This document shows, piece by piece, positions 37,811 through 50,912 of a DNA stretch of 64,000 nt (the first letter of the stretch is position 1; each line of letters opens with the position of its first letter). The DNA is from Malacoraja senta (Eukaryota). The notes below the pieces were generated by a model. It worked only from the letters and a program-made list of their open reading frames with translations. It was not told the origin of the DNA and did no database searches. The position numbers were made by a program, and so were the translations under genes. The stretch lies in NCBI GenBank assembly GCA_038087875.1, contig CM075994.1, forward strand, positions 2,358,001-2,422,000. Direction: 5' to 3'.

Positions 37811-38930
37811 CTTCTTCTCTTCTTGCGTTTGAGGCAGCAGAGGTTATGTAACGCCCTCCAGGCGCTGTAGCCAGATCAATGTGCTGTTGTCGAGGGCCAT
37901 GAGGTCTACCCCTCCACCAGGGGGGCGGAGGACAGCGCAGTCGAAAATGACATGCTGCTCTGTTTGCTGGTCTGCTCCACACATGCTGGCTGCTGATGAA
38001 CGCAGCCCCCAGCGATGCATGTTGGCGTTGAACCGGCCGACCCCTGTACAGAGCTGTTTCAGGGCGACCCACCCTTTGCGGGGCAGGTCCGAGCTGGGTG
38101 GGGTTGTGGTGTTCGGTGCAGCAGTGAATTGTGGAGGTCGCGAAGTCTGTCCCCAGCTGGTTCTCCATGCTCCTAGTGTGTTGAAACCGGAGCCACAGAG
38201 GGTCGCTGCGTGACGGGAGAAGGGGCGATGAGATGACAGGCGTTGAAATCCCAGTTGCTGTGAGACCTGGGCAAGGTGGTGCAAAGGATGTTTGGTGTCT
38301 GATGGGGCCTTGCACACCAGCCTGTGAGTGAAGTATTTTCTGCGAAGCATGGCGGGTGCGATACCTGCGAGCACCAGCAGAAGATACGTCGGAGTAGGGC
38401 GTAGGCAGCCGGTGATGATCCGCATGGTGTTGTTGAGGATGGCGACTAGCTTGCTAGTATGAGCGCTGCGGCACCATGCTGGGGCGGCGTACTCAGCGGC
38501 ACTGTACATGAGTGCAAGAACACTGGCTCGGAGAGTAGATGTCCTGGCGCCCCATGACGATCCAGCCAAGCAATGCAGGAGGTTGTTCCGCGCCGAGACT
38601 TTAGCACGGAGAGCTTCAAGGTGTTGCTTGTAGGTCAGCTGCCAATCTAGTTTCACCCTGAGGTATGTAGGGAATGGGTTATAGGGTAGGGGTGACCCAT
38701 TGAGGGTGACGGTTAGCTGGCGTTGAGCTTCCTTGTTGTTCAGGTGAAAGGCCGTTGTGGTGGTTTTTGCCACACTCAGTTTTAGCCTCCAGGTCTTAAG
38801 GTCTTAAAGTTCCATATCCGCCGAGAGCACATCCTCCACGTTTGACCAACTCCTGTCCGAATGCTGTAGGGCCAGGTCATCTGCATATCCGTACTGGCGC
38901 AAGGTCGTGCGTGGCAGATCGCTGATATCC
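37811..38930 (-). mobile_element. Vingi/Ingi-like LINE 3' part (RT C-terminus to 3' end)
   Basis: YADDLAL, then ORF 37844-38773 (PTYL.VKLD.QLTYKQHL, LAGSSWGA, YSAAEYAAPAW, CGADQQTEQHVIFDC). A very short 3' UTR ends in (GAA)n at about 37811-37824. Confidence 0.75.
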
Positions 38931-40784
38931 ACTGTGCTGCCCTGACACACATTCCCTCAAACAACTGTGGGATAAATGTTTATTTGATCTAAAGTAATGT
39001 GGAAGGGTCATCGATACTGTCAGTCCAGAGCAGCTAGAAGACCCCTGGTTGCTGGTGAGGCCACACCCTGAATACTGCATGCAGTTGTGGTTGGGTGTAT
39101 GAGGTTCTGTGATATCTCTTGAACGTAGCAGGATAATTTTCCAACGCTCATTGATATCCATTAACACTCGTGCAGAGCTCTGATTACCTTTCGTTGTTGC
39201 CTGTGGCCCTTTGGTCTCCACAGATTGACCCCTATGTTTAACCACGTTACAACTACAGCAGCAAAACTTTCGTTGGCCATCTTTCAAGGGGGGCAAGAAT
39301 CTTTAATTGTCACATGTACTGGCAACCGAACAATGAAATTCTTACATGCAGTAACTTGAGAGGCTTTGAGAGGCTACAAACCTGTTCACTCTAGTTTTAT
39401 GTTATGCCTAAGTTTTGCATCCTACATACTAGGGGGAATTTACAGATGCCAATTAACCTACAAACATGTAGGTATTTGGAATGTGGGAGGAATCTGGAGC
39501 ACCTGGAGAAAACCCACATGGTCACAGGGAGAACCTTCAAACTCTACACATACAACACCCATAGTCAGGATCTAACCTGGGTCTCTGGCACTGTGAGACA
39601 TCAACTGTGGGCCCAGAAACATAATACACATAGATAGTATACAATCATTTTTTAAATTCATAAATTAGTAACCATACCACTCGTGCAAGAACTCAGTTCT
39701 TAGTGCAACCACAGAACCATACAGTCCATAGGAAATCATAGTTGCTGAGGTTAGTGCGTAGTTTTCAAGAGCCTTACAGTTGTTGGGAAGAAACAGTTCT
39801 TGAACCTGGAGATCACGGTTTTCAGGCTCCTGTACCACGATGTTAGTCGTGAAATGAGAGTGGGCCAGGGTGGTGTGATATTTTTTGAGACAGAGCACCG
39901 GAGATATCCCTTCAATGGTGGGGAGCGGGAAGTATCTAGCACTCCTCATTTCTTTTGAGTTGGCGAACCATGAAAGTGGCGACACAGGTAGACAGGGTGG
40001 TGATGAGGACATTTGGCATAATCGCCTTTATCAGTCAGAGTATTGAGTATTGGAGTTGGGACGCCATGTTATAACTGTGGGTCATCAATGAGTCTACACT
40101 GTGTGCTGTTCTGGTTGCCCACCTATTGGGAGGATGTCATGAAGCTGGAAAGAGTGCACAAGATCTTGGTGCACAAGATGGGGCATGTTGTTCACATGGT
40201 GAGTTGGTCCAAAGGGCCTGTTTCTGTGCTGTATAACTCTTGACTGTATAATAATGATTCGTATGAAGGAATTAAATATAATATCTCTGTGTTTAGTGAG
40301 GTGGAAGGTGAGACTTGGAAGATGCAGAGATTTTAGTTTAGTTAAGAGATACAGTGTGGAAACAGGCCCCTTGGCCCACCGGGTCCCCGATTCCAGATTG
40401 ATTTATCTATGACAACGTTGATTACTATCTCAACATTTAAGAAACATTTAGACGGGTACATGGATAGGATAAGTTTAGAGGGACATGGGCCAAACGGAGG
40501 AAGGTGGAACTAGTGTAGATGGGCCATGTTGTTCGACATTGGTAAGTTGGGCCGAAGGGCCTGTTTCCACACTGTTTGACTATGATTTGAATGGATTGGG
40601 CAGGTATTTGTCAGTTCCAGTGTAATCTGGTTATTCATGAAGTTGGCCACTTTGGTGGCAAAAACAGCAAAGCAGATTATCTGAATGGGGTCAGAGTGGG
40701 AGAGGGACAATGAGACCTGGTCTCCTTGTGATAAATTTGATTGAATTCTGTGAGGATATGATAGGGAGAGTTAATAGAGGGTAA

Positions 40785-41407
40785 AGGGCCTGTCCCACCT
40801 AGGCTATTTTTTAGGTGACTGCCGGTGACTGTCATAGTCATTGCAGGTCGCCGAAAAACCGGCGACTGGACCCCCCTACGACAATGTCTACGACAAGCTA
40901 CAACAACCTACCACCTAGTCAACGTCAAGCTACCGACAACCAGTGACCCATTAGGATGTTCACCTGCGACCACACCTACGACCACACTGGCAACAACCCA
41001 CGACAACTGAAGTCAACCTACGTCCACCCACGACAAACTACGACACTGTCGGCAACAACTGAAGACAGCTGAAGACAATTCAGCCGCTGGTACCTGACGC
41101 CGGTTGACGTAGGTAGCCGCCAATGGAATCCACCAAAGTCAGCACCGGCGATAACCTACGTCACCTGGCGACAACCAACGACAGCACCTACGCCAGGAGA
41201 AGTCAAGCTACGCTCATTGGCGTCAACCCACTGTCGCCGAAATCTTTTGAACTTGTTGAAAATCCAGCAGCGACCAGACAGATGCTACGACTCTTTGGGC
41301 GACTGAGGAGACTACTCATGACCATACAGGTGACACCCTGGAGATCATGTGGCGACAGCCTAGTGGCCTGTAGCCACCTAAAAAATAGCCTAAGTGGGAC
41401 AGGCCCT
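40785..41407. mobile_element. Harbinger-type MITE
   Basis: TIRs AGGGCCTGTCCCAC.TAGGCTATTTTT, TSD TAA at 40782-40784 and 41408-41410. Confidence 0.87.
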
Positions 41408-43852
41408 TAACTTGTAAATGCAGTGTATTTAGATTTTCAAAAGCATTTGACAAGAGGCTGATGCATAAATTGATGGCCCAAGGTATTGAAGGAAGTGCAT
41501 TTGGATGGATAAAAAATGTGTCCGTCACATTGAAAACACAAAGTGCTGGAGTAACTCAGTGGGTCAGGCAGCATCTCTGGAGGATGTGGATAGGCAACAT
41601 TTTAGGTTGGGACCTCTCTCTAAATATTCCAGCCCGAAAAGTCACCTATCCATGTCCTCCAGAGATGTTGTCCGACCAGCTGAGGTTATCCAGCACATCC
41701 ATCATCTGCATCAGCAGTTCCTTGTGTCTGCATAGAAAACGAATTGTAATAAATAGATCTTTTTCAGTCTGGAGGGAGGTAACTAGGAAAGTATCTTGAG
41801 GATCAGTTCTTGGCCCCCAATTATCACGCATTTACAGTATATTGATAACATAGAACATCAGAGCACAGGAACAGACCCTTCAACCCACAATGGTTATGCC
41901 GGACATAATGCCAAGCGGCTTTACAGCACTAGAGACCCAGGTTCGATCCTGACTACGGGTGCTGTCTGTATGGAGTTTGTACATGACTGCATGAGTTTTC
42001 TCCTGTGTCCTCCCACACTCCAAAGACGTACAGGTTTGTAGGATAATTGACATCGGTAAAATTGTAATTATCCCTGGCGTGTAGTATAGTGCTAGTGTAT
42101 AGGGTTCCCTGATTGGTGTGAGCTAGCTGGGCCAAAGGGCTTGATTCCATGCTGTATTTCTAAAGTCTAAATTTAAACTGATCTCATCTGCCTGTACTTG
42201 ATCCATATCCCTCTATTCCCTGCAAAGAATGACCTAGAGGAAGAAATAAAATGTAAGGTATTCGGGTTTGCTCCTGATATAACAATAAGTGGAATGGCAC
42301 ACTGTGACTGGGACATTGAGATTCTTCATCGGGATAGAGATAGATTGAGTGAGTGGGCAAAAACGTGGCAAATGGAGTTTAGTGTAGGCAAGTGTGAAGT
42401 CAAGCACGGAAGAGGAATCGAAAGGCTGATAATTATCAGGCAACTGAATCATCCTATCAACAACTAGAGAGCGGCCCTGAGAACCTGTCTACCTCATTGG
42501 ATGCCCACATACTATCTTTAATCGGACTTTACTGTAATTTATCATTCCCATTATCATGTATCTGTGCACTGTGGATGGCTCGATTGTAATTATATGTAGT
42601 CTTTCTGCTGACTAGTTAGCATGCGACAAAAGCTTTTCACTGAACCTTGGTACACGTGACAATAAACTAAACTATCAAAACACAGAGACTGCAGGTGAGT
42701 GAAGCACAGTGGGATCTGGATGTTTTAGTCCATGAATCACTAAAGGTTAGCTGGCAGGTCCAACAAGTAGCTAAGAAGACAAATGGCATGTTTGCTGTTA
42801 TTGCAAAGGGATTGGAGTCTAAGAATGGGGAGGTTTTGTTATAGTTATAGCAAGGCCACACCTGGGATACTGCACGCAGTTTTGGTCCACTTATCTAAAG
42901 AGCATATAGGAGCATTGGAAATAGTCCAAAGGAGATTCGGCAGACTAATCCCATGGCAGAGAGGGTTGTCCTATCAAGACACGCTAGACACTTTGAGTCC
43001 ATATCCTTTAGAAGAATGAATGGTGATTTTATTCAAACAAACAATATCCGGAAGGGGTTTAGCAGGAATGTTTTCATGAGTGGGAGAGTCACGCTGCCTC
43101 AGAAAAGCAGCCAACATAATCAAAGACTTGTCCCATTCAGAAGATAGCTGCAAAATGTTGGAGTAACTCAGCGGATCAGACAGCATCTCTGGAGAAAAAG
43201 GATGGGTGATGTTTCAGGCCGGGACCCTTCTTCAGACTAACATTTTATAGCTCAGATTTGGACAGACTCCCATTCTACTTGTCCCATTCCAGTCATTGCT
43301 CCTTCTCCCCGATCCTGTCAGGCTGAAGGTACAGAAGCTTGAAAGTGTACATCACCAGACCCAGGATTAGCTTCTGAGCAGTCCGTTCCTAATCTAGTGT
43401 ACTGTCCAATTCACCTCTATCTCATTGGACATTGGACTTTGTCTATGGAACTAATGCACTAGAATACTGTATTCTGCACTTTGTAACTTCCCCTTTGCTC
43501 TATCTTGTGAATGAGTTTGGCTTGATTGTATCTGTGCATGGTATATCTGATCTGTTTGGGCAGCATGCAAAGCAAAGCTTTACATTTTACCACAGTACAC
43601 TTAATGAACCTAAGCGAGCAAGGGTGATATGTACCGACAAAGGAACAATGAAATTCTTACTTGCTGCAGCTTAACAGGCCTGTAAACACAATACTCACAG
43701 ATAAATATAATAATAAAAAAATGCAATAAATTAGTAACCGTAATACTGGTGCAAAAAAACAAAGTCCATAGTGCGACTAAAAACAGTCCGTACAAATTCA
43801 CAGTTGAGGTTAGTGTTGTGCAGTGTTCAAGAGCCTGATGGTTGCTGAGTAA

Positions 43853-44232
43853 AGGGCCTGTCCCACTTTCCCAAGTTGCTCGCGAATTCTCCCGAGTTTT
43901 CCCCTTGATTCAAACTCGGAGAATGTTCGTAAAGGGTCCGTAGGAGTCCGTAGATATATCGTAGCGGCTCGTTATGTCAGCCGTAGGTACTCGGGGCATT
44001 AAATGTTGCAATTTTTCTCCTCCCGACTATCTTTTTGCTCGTGGACATTTTTTGTCCTGCTGGAAAAAACCTCCCGACTTAACTAATGCCCCGAGTACCT
44101 ACGGCTGACATAATGAGCCGCTACGTTATATTTACAGCCTCCTACGGACCGGTTACAAACATTCTCCGAGTTTGAATCAAGGGGAAAACTCGGAAGAATT
44201 TGTGAGCAGCTCGGGAAAGTGGGACAGGCCCT
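43853..44232. mobile_element. Palindromic Harbinger-type MITE
   Basis: TIR AGGGCCTGTCCCACTTTCCC with long arms, flanked by TAA and TTA, inserted in a Rex1-type fragment. Confidence 0.87.
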
Positions 44233-44649
44233 TTAGAATCTGTTTCTGAACTTGGTGATCACTGTTTTTGGCTCCTGTTCCTGATTTGTAGCGGTGAGAT
44301 GAGAGTGTAGGTGGGTGGTGTGGGTCTTTAATGTTGAATGCAAGTGGATGTAACTACAAGATAACTGGGCTGGTCATTTAAAACTGAGGTGTGGAGAAAT
44401 TCCTTCCTGAGAGTAGTGAATATTGTCCTTGAGGGTGATTGATTCTGGATTATTAGATGTATTTCAGGGAGTGAAGGTTACGTATTTGAAAGATTAAGGA
44501 ACTGAGGGCCACAGGGAACTGGCACAGAAAGAGTGGCCAGAGTAGATCAGTCTTGGTCATGTGGGACAGTAGGGCAGGTGGGAAGGGCAGAGTGGTGTTC
44601 TGCTATTTTCTTATGTTCTTGTAAGCAAGCTGGATGTCAAGACAGATAG

Positions 44650-44945
44650 TAGTTTAGTTTAGAAATACAGCACAGAAACAGGCCCTCCAGCCCACTGGGT
44701 CTGCACCAACATACACTAGCATTATCCTACACCCTGGGGACAATTTACAATTCTTACCGAAGCCAATTAGCCTACAAACCCGCACATCTTTGAAGTGTGG
44801 GAGGAAATCGGAGCACCCGGAGAAAGCCCATGTGGTCACGGGGAAGAATAAACAAACTCCGTACAGACAGCACCCGTAGTCAGGATCAAACCCGTATCTC
44901 CGGTGGTTTAAGGCAGAAACTGTACCGCTGCGCCACCGTGTCGCC
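44650..44945 (-). mobile_element. HE1-like V-SINE (representative; other copies at ~4300-4500, 6975-7255, 8270-8580, 9752-10037, 17350-17650, 26175-26465, 27040-27330, 34715-35030, 37555-37810, 39380-39605, 41915-42170, 47100-47330, 47450-47700, 49935-50130, 53420-53690, 55290-55530, 58360-58632, 60230-60530, 61817-62095)
   Basis: tRNA-like head with A/B-box-like motifs, V-domain core, a CR1-like tail gggcctgtttc(c/t)g(c/t)gctgtat(c/t)tc and an (AAACT)n end. Confidence 0.85.
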
Positions 44946-47900
44946 CTCAGTCTTGCCTTCATAGAGTCATTCTCCACAGAAACTAACCCTTTGCCCACCA
45001 TGTCACACCAATAATACAATACCCCAGATAGGACCTGCCAATCCTATGGTAATGCGTAGCCTTCTATGCCTTGGTGATTTAAGTCCTTGTAAAAAATTCT
45101 TACGTGTTGAGGGACTTGAGGGACCATATACTCAGCAGTGTGTTCAAGATTGCAACCACCCTCCAGATGAAAAATAAATACATTTGGAGTGTTGCGTGTA
45201 ATTCTGGAGAACCATTACAGGAAGGATACATAGGCTTTGGAGGGGGTGCTGTGGAGGTTTACCAGAACACTGCCTGGATTACAGGGTCTCGGCTCCAGGG
45301 AGAGGTAGGATAAACTTGGATTGTTTTCTCTGGAACATCGGAGGTTGAGGGGAGACTTGAAGTGTATAAAATTATGAGAGGCATAGAACCTTTTTTGCTG
45401 GGTGGAAATGACCAACACTAGAGGGCACAGCTATAAGGTATGGGGGGGGTGGGGGGGGAGGAAAGTTTAATGGAGATGTGTGGGGCAAATTTTATTACAG
45501 AGTAGTGGGGGCCTGGAACACACTGTCGGGGTGGTGGTGGAAGTAGATGCGATAGTGGCGTTTAAGAGACTTTCTGATAGGTGTCTGGAAGTGCAGGGAA
45601 TATAGGGATATGGATCATGTACAGCCAGATGGGATCAGTTTAATTGGCATCATGTTCGGCACAAGCATCATGGGCCAAAGGACTTGTTCCTGTGCTGTAC
45701 TGTTCTATGTTCTATAAATTCTTGCAGTCCCCGTCATTGTAAACCTATATCCTTTGGTTTTGTAAGTCTTTGTAACTGGGAGAAAAAAAGTCCCACTTTT
45801 AATGGCCCACGTGGTGTTGTAATTTGAGTGCAGGGATGAGGATGCTGTAGATGTACAGGGCCTTGGTGAGACCATGTCTCGACCTTTTGTGTGGTCTTGA
45901 ACTACTCATCTGAGCGTAGAGGTTCTTGCTGTGGACGGACCTCGCTGAAGGTCCACATGCTGACCCCTAGGGTGGCAGGTTTTTGTTTAGAGATACAGCG
46001 TGGAAATAGGCTCTTCGGCCCACTGAGACCATGCCGACCACCGGTCATCCTTGCACTAGTTCTATCCCAGACACCAGAGACAATTTACAGAAGCCAATTA
46101 ACCTGCAAACCTGGAAGACCCCTCAAATTGCCTATTTTAGTTTATTGCCCGTGTACTGAGGTACAGTGAAAAACTTATGTTGCATGCTAACCAGTCAGCG
46201 GAAATACATAATTACAGATACAGGATAAACATTTAGTGCAAGTTAAAGTCCGATTAAAGATAGTCTGAGGAACAGTGAGGTACTGTAGATCGTAGCTCAG
46301 GACCGCTCTCTAGTTGTGGATAGGATGGTTCAGTTGTCTGATAACACCTGGGAAGAAACTGTCCCTGAATCTAGAGATGTGCATTTTTACACTCTGCACC
46401 TCTTGTCTAATGGAAGAGGGGAGAAGAGAGTGTGAGACTGGTGCTTGATTACTCTGGTGGCCTTGCTGAGGCAGCGTGAAGTGTAGATGAAGTCAATGAA
46501 AGGGAGGTTGGTTTGTGTGATGCCCTGGGCTGCGTCCACAATTCTCTGCAATTTATTGCGGTCTTGGATGGAACTGTTTCCAAACCGTGCTGTGAGGCAT
46601 CCCGATAAAACGCCATCGTTGTTTCCCTGAATCTGAGAGGCGTGCGTTTTCACACCAGTACCTTTTGCCTGATGGGAGAGAGGAGAAGAGGGAGTGACCA
46701 GGGTGAGACTTCCTGGTGAAGGGCGATTAGTTATTTGCGTTAATAATTATGAATATAGTATCTCTTAAGTTGTTTGAGTTTCAGCTTCGAGTGCATCCAA
46801 GAACGTTTTTTGATAGGGGAGTTTAATTTATGGTAAGTTGCAAAGGCAGCTCTAGTGTTGGTCTACAATGGTACTGGTTTCATAAGGAGTGCTTGTTGAT
46901 AAAGTGCAGCACCACCCGTTTGATCTGAGTGCATGATTCATACAGAGGGCGGGCACAGCAAGTTAATCACTGCCTTTCAGTTTCTTTAAAAACCTCCTCT
47001 TATTTCATTACTCCTGAGGGCTGAGAGGTTGGTGTAGAATGGATCCCAACACGGAAGCTCTTTAACTCTTTGATGACCAAACAGTGCAACACGGCAATAA
47101 AGCAGCGCAGCGGTGGAGTTGCCTCCTTACATCGCTAGAGACCCAGGCTCGATCCTGACTATGGGTGCTGTCTTTACGGAGTTTGCCCATTCTCCCTGTG
47201 CCGGCGGTGGGGTTTTTCTCAGGTGCTTCGGTTTCCTCCCACACTCCAAAGACATACAGGTTGTACGAGGTGATCACTGGTCGGCACGGACTCTGTGGGC
47301 CAAATGGGCTGTTTCCACACTGTATCTCTGAAGTCAGACTAGCAGTGAGATCCCTGGTGTTACTGCCGTTGGAATCCTGCACGTTGCCAGTGAACATTAA
47401 ACGTTTAGGTTTATTATTGTGAATTGTGTACAGTGAAGAGTTTTGTTTTGGAGATACAACGTGGAAACAGGCGCTTTGGACCACCGAGCCCGTGCCGACC
47501 AGCCATCATCCATATACTAGTTCCATCCTACACCCTGGGGACAATTTACAAAAGACAATTAACATATAAACCCGCAAATCTTTGGAATTTTGGAAGAAAC
47601 CAGAGTAGCCGGAGAAAACCCACGCAGTCGCAGGGAGAACGTGCAAACTCCGTACAGACAGCACCCGTAGTTCTGATTGAATCCAAGTGTCTGGAGCTGT
47701 AAGCAAGCCGTACAAACAGATCAGATATACCATACAATTAATTCAAACTCAAGTACAATAGATAGAGCAAAGTGGTGGATACAGAGTGCAGAATATAGTT
47801 TTCAGCATTGTAATGCATCATTTTCAGAGACAAAGTCCAATGTCCACAATAGGGTAGAGGTAGCTTAGGAAAGGACCATTCCAAAAACCTAATAACGGAG

Positions 47901-50286
47901 GGGAGGAAGCTGTTCCTGAGTCTGGCAGATTGTACGTTCAAGCTTCTGTACCTCTGGCGGATGGGAACAGGTAGAAGAAGGAATGACCGGGATGGGACAA
48001 GTCTCTGATTATGTTGGCTGCTTTTTGGAGGCAGTGTGAATGGTGGGGAGTCTGGTCTGTGTGATGGACTGGGCTACATCTACAACTTGTGCGGTCTTGG
48101 GCAAAGCTGTTCACAAAACAAGCCGTGATGCGTCCCGACAGTATGAGGGAATGCTGGGGATAGTCAGCTGGGTCAGGCAGCATCTCGTAGTCGGAGTAAC
48201 ACAGAAACAGGCCGCTCATCCCACCGTGTCCACGCAGCCGCCTTGTCCACCTCCATCAATCACATTTAACTGCATTGGGGCTGTATCTCCCCACTGCCTT
48301 TAGGATGAATTTAGACAGACTTTGAAGTAGGCAAGGCATAGAGACAAGGAGTCATAGGGCACGGCAATGAGCCTTTTGGCCCACTTATTCTAAGGCGACC
48401 AAGATCACCTGTCTAAGCTAGTTCCATCTGCCCACGTTTGACCCAGACCTCTCTAAACCTCTCCTATCCAATTGTATCTGATTTCACCACCACCCCTGCC
48501 AGTGACTTCCAGACACAAAGCACTTCCTGGTGTAAAAGCTCCTCTGATCTAATTTAAATTTTTACGATAGTTTTGATCAGGCTAGGATTCTTAATCATGT
48601 ATTGTGTTTCCGCCGACTGGAGAGCATGCAACAAAAAACTTTTCACTGTACATGTGACAATAAATTAAACTAACTTTTCCTTGGAGCATAGGAGGATGAG
48701 GGGTGATCATATGGAGGTGTACAAAATCATGAGCGGAATAGATCGGGTAGACGCACAGAGTCTCTTGCCCAGAGTAGGGAAATAGAGAACCATTGGACAT
48801 GGGTTTAAGGCGAGGGGGGGGGGGGGGGTAATTTAAGAGGAACCTGAAGAGTAACTTTTTTGCACAAAGGGAGGTGGATGTAAGGAACGAGGGGAGGGAG
48901 GGAATGAGCTGGAGGTGAGAAATCGGGTCCGGTAACAAATTACCTCAGGCAGGCTGGTCATTTGTTGGCGAGGGAAGGTGTGATCTCAAAAGGGATACCA
49001 TGTGGTGAATTATGGAACTGGTTAAATGATTAGGGTGGAGGTAGAGGGGAGGGGAGTGTTAGAGCAATTACTTAGTTCTCTAATTTTAGTTAAGTTACTT
49101 AATTCTCCAATGCTTTTTCGCCAGCCATACTCTGACCCCGGTGAGTTATTTCCGCACTATTTAAAGAAGATGTGACTGAGTGGTGGGTGCCAGGTGGACT
49201 CAGATACGATAGTGTCGTTTAAGAGGCATCTAAAAGATGGATGCATTGATATGCAGCAAATAGAAGGATATGGATCATGTCCAGGCAGAGGAGAATAATT
49301 TATCTTGACATTGTGTTTGGCACAGATATTAGATACATAGATACATAGAAAATAGGTGCAGGAGTAGGCCATTCGGCCCTTCGAGCCTGCACCGCCATTC
49401 AATATGATCATGGCTGATCATCCAACTCAGTATCCCGTACCTGCCTTCTCTCCATACCCCCTGATCCCCTTAGCCACAATGTGGGCTGAAGGGCCTGTTC
49501 CTGTGCTGGACTGTTCCATGGAGATTGAATTAGCTTAGATGGGGCATCTTGGTCAGCATGGATGAGTTGGGCCAAAGGGCCTGCTCCTGTGCTGCATACG
49601 TCTCTGTTCTATGAGAGGTTGTGGAGTGAACACTGTTGGAGGTTGTTTTCCTTTGCTTGCAGTTTGGTTTACTACACCTGCTTATCTAAAGACTCGCAAT
49701 CAAAACAAAAGCACTCAGCAGAATCTGTGGAAGGAGAAGCAGCAGAGTTAATGTTTCAAGGCAACAAACTTTCATCAGGCCTTGGGGACAGAGAGAACAG
49801 GTTAATATGTGAGAGGGTGAGAGACGGGATCAGTTTAGTGACCACAAACATTAACTCTGCAGGTGCTACCTGACCCGTTGAACATTTTCTGTTTTGATTT
49901 TAGATTTCCACCATCTGAAGATTTGATTATCATTTGCGGCACAGTGGCGCAGCGGGTAGAGCTGCTGCCACACAGCGACAGAGACTAGGGTTCGATCCTG
50001 ACCTCTGGTGCTGTCTGCGTGTGGTGTTTGCATGTTCTCCCTGTGACCGTGTGGGTTTTCTCCTGGGTGCTCCGGTTTCCTCCAATATCTCAAAGGCGAG
50101 TGGGTTTATAGGTTAATTGTCCTCTGTAAAACAAAAAAGCCCTTGGTGTGTATAGTTCATACGTTCTAGGAGCAGTATTAGCCCACTCGTCCCATCATGT
50201 CTATTCCACCATTCACTCATGGCTGATCTATTTTTCCCTCTCCACTGTATTCTCCTGCCATCTCCCTACAACCCCTGACACCCTTA

Positions 50287-50912
50287 TGGACCTGTTTTTT
50301 CAACATGTTGAAAAATTAGCAGCGACCAGAATGAAGCCGCCATGGAGGGTAGCGAGAATTCTCGTGCCGTCAGTGGGTCGCCAGGAGGTCGAAGGTTCTT
50401 GTAGGTTGTAGCCGGTGCTGACCGGTGAATTTCATTGGCTCATTGGGGGAAAAAAAACGTAAGCAGTAGTTTTCAGAACCAAGGATAACCGACCGGTAAT
50501 GTTAATGTCCTCCGAGCTTCACAGCCGTGTATCTCTGGTTTCTTAAATGTTGTCTACACTCCTTCTCCCCCCCTCACCCCCCTCTTTTAAAGGACTTACG
50601 TGACCCTTCCCGTACACTGTGCTTTCACCGTCTTACTTACAGCGCCAACCTTCCTGTTCATCATGGTGTGTGTCTGTATCACATTGGCTTTGCACCTTGT
50701 GAATTTCACTCAGCCAGCGTTCCCCCCCCACTTGCCCTGTCCCCCACCTGCATAACAGGCTGGTGAAGGAAGTGGGGTGTGTGTGTGTGTGTGTGTTCCA
50801 CTCTGACAGTCGCCGGATTTTCAGGGATCTGGGCCAAACGTGGGCAAGTGAGATTAGTGTAGATGGGGGAACTTTGCCTACTCGGGGTAATCGCCTAAGA
50901 GGGACAGGCCCA
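50287..50912. mobile_element. Internally rearranged Harbinger-type MITE
   Basis: Left TIR remnant tggacctgt, right TIR cctaagagggacaggccca, and TTA on both sides. Excision restores the CR1 sequence acccctgacaccc-tta-ctaatcaa. Confidence 0.75.

Noticed and set aside
40595..40620. Partial resemblance to miR-223 (an MSN neighbour in amniotes)
   Set aside because: Only a short fragment matches, and there is no hairpin or full mature sequence.
40780..41410. Short recurring cgac/ctacg motifs resembling a CRISPR-like or tandem array
   Set aside because: No constant repeat-spacer period. It is the interior of a TIR-bounded MITE in a vertebrate genome.
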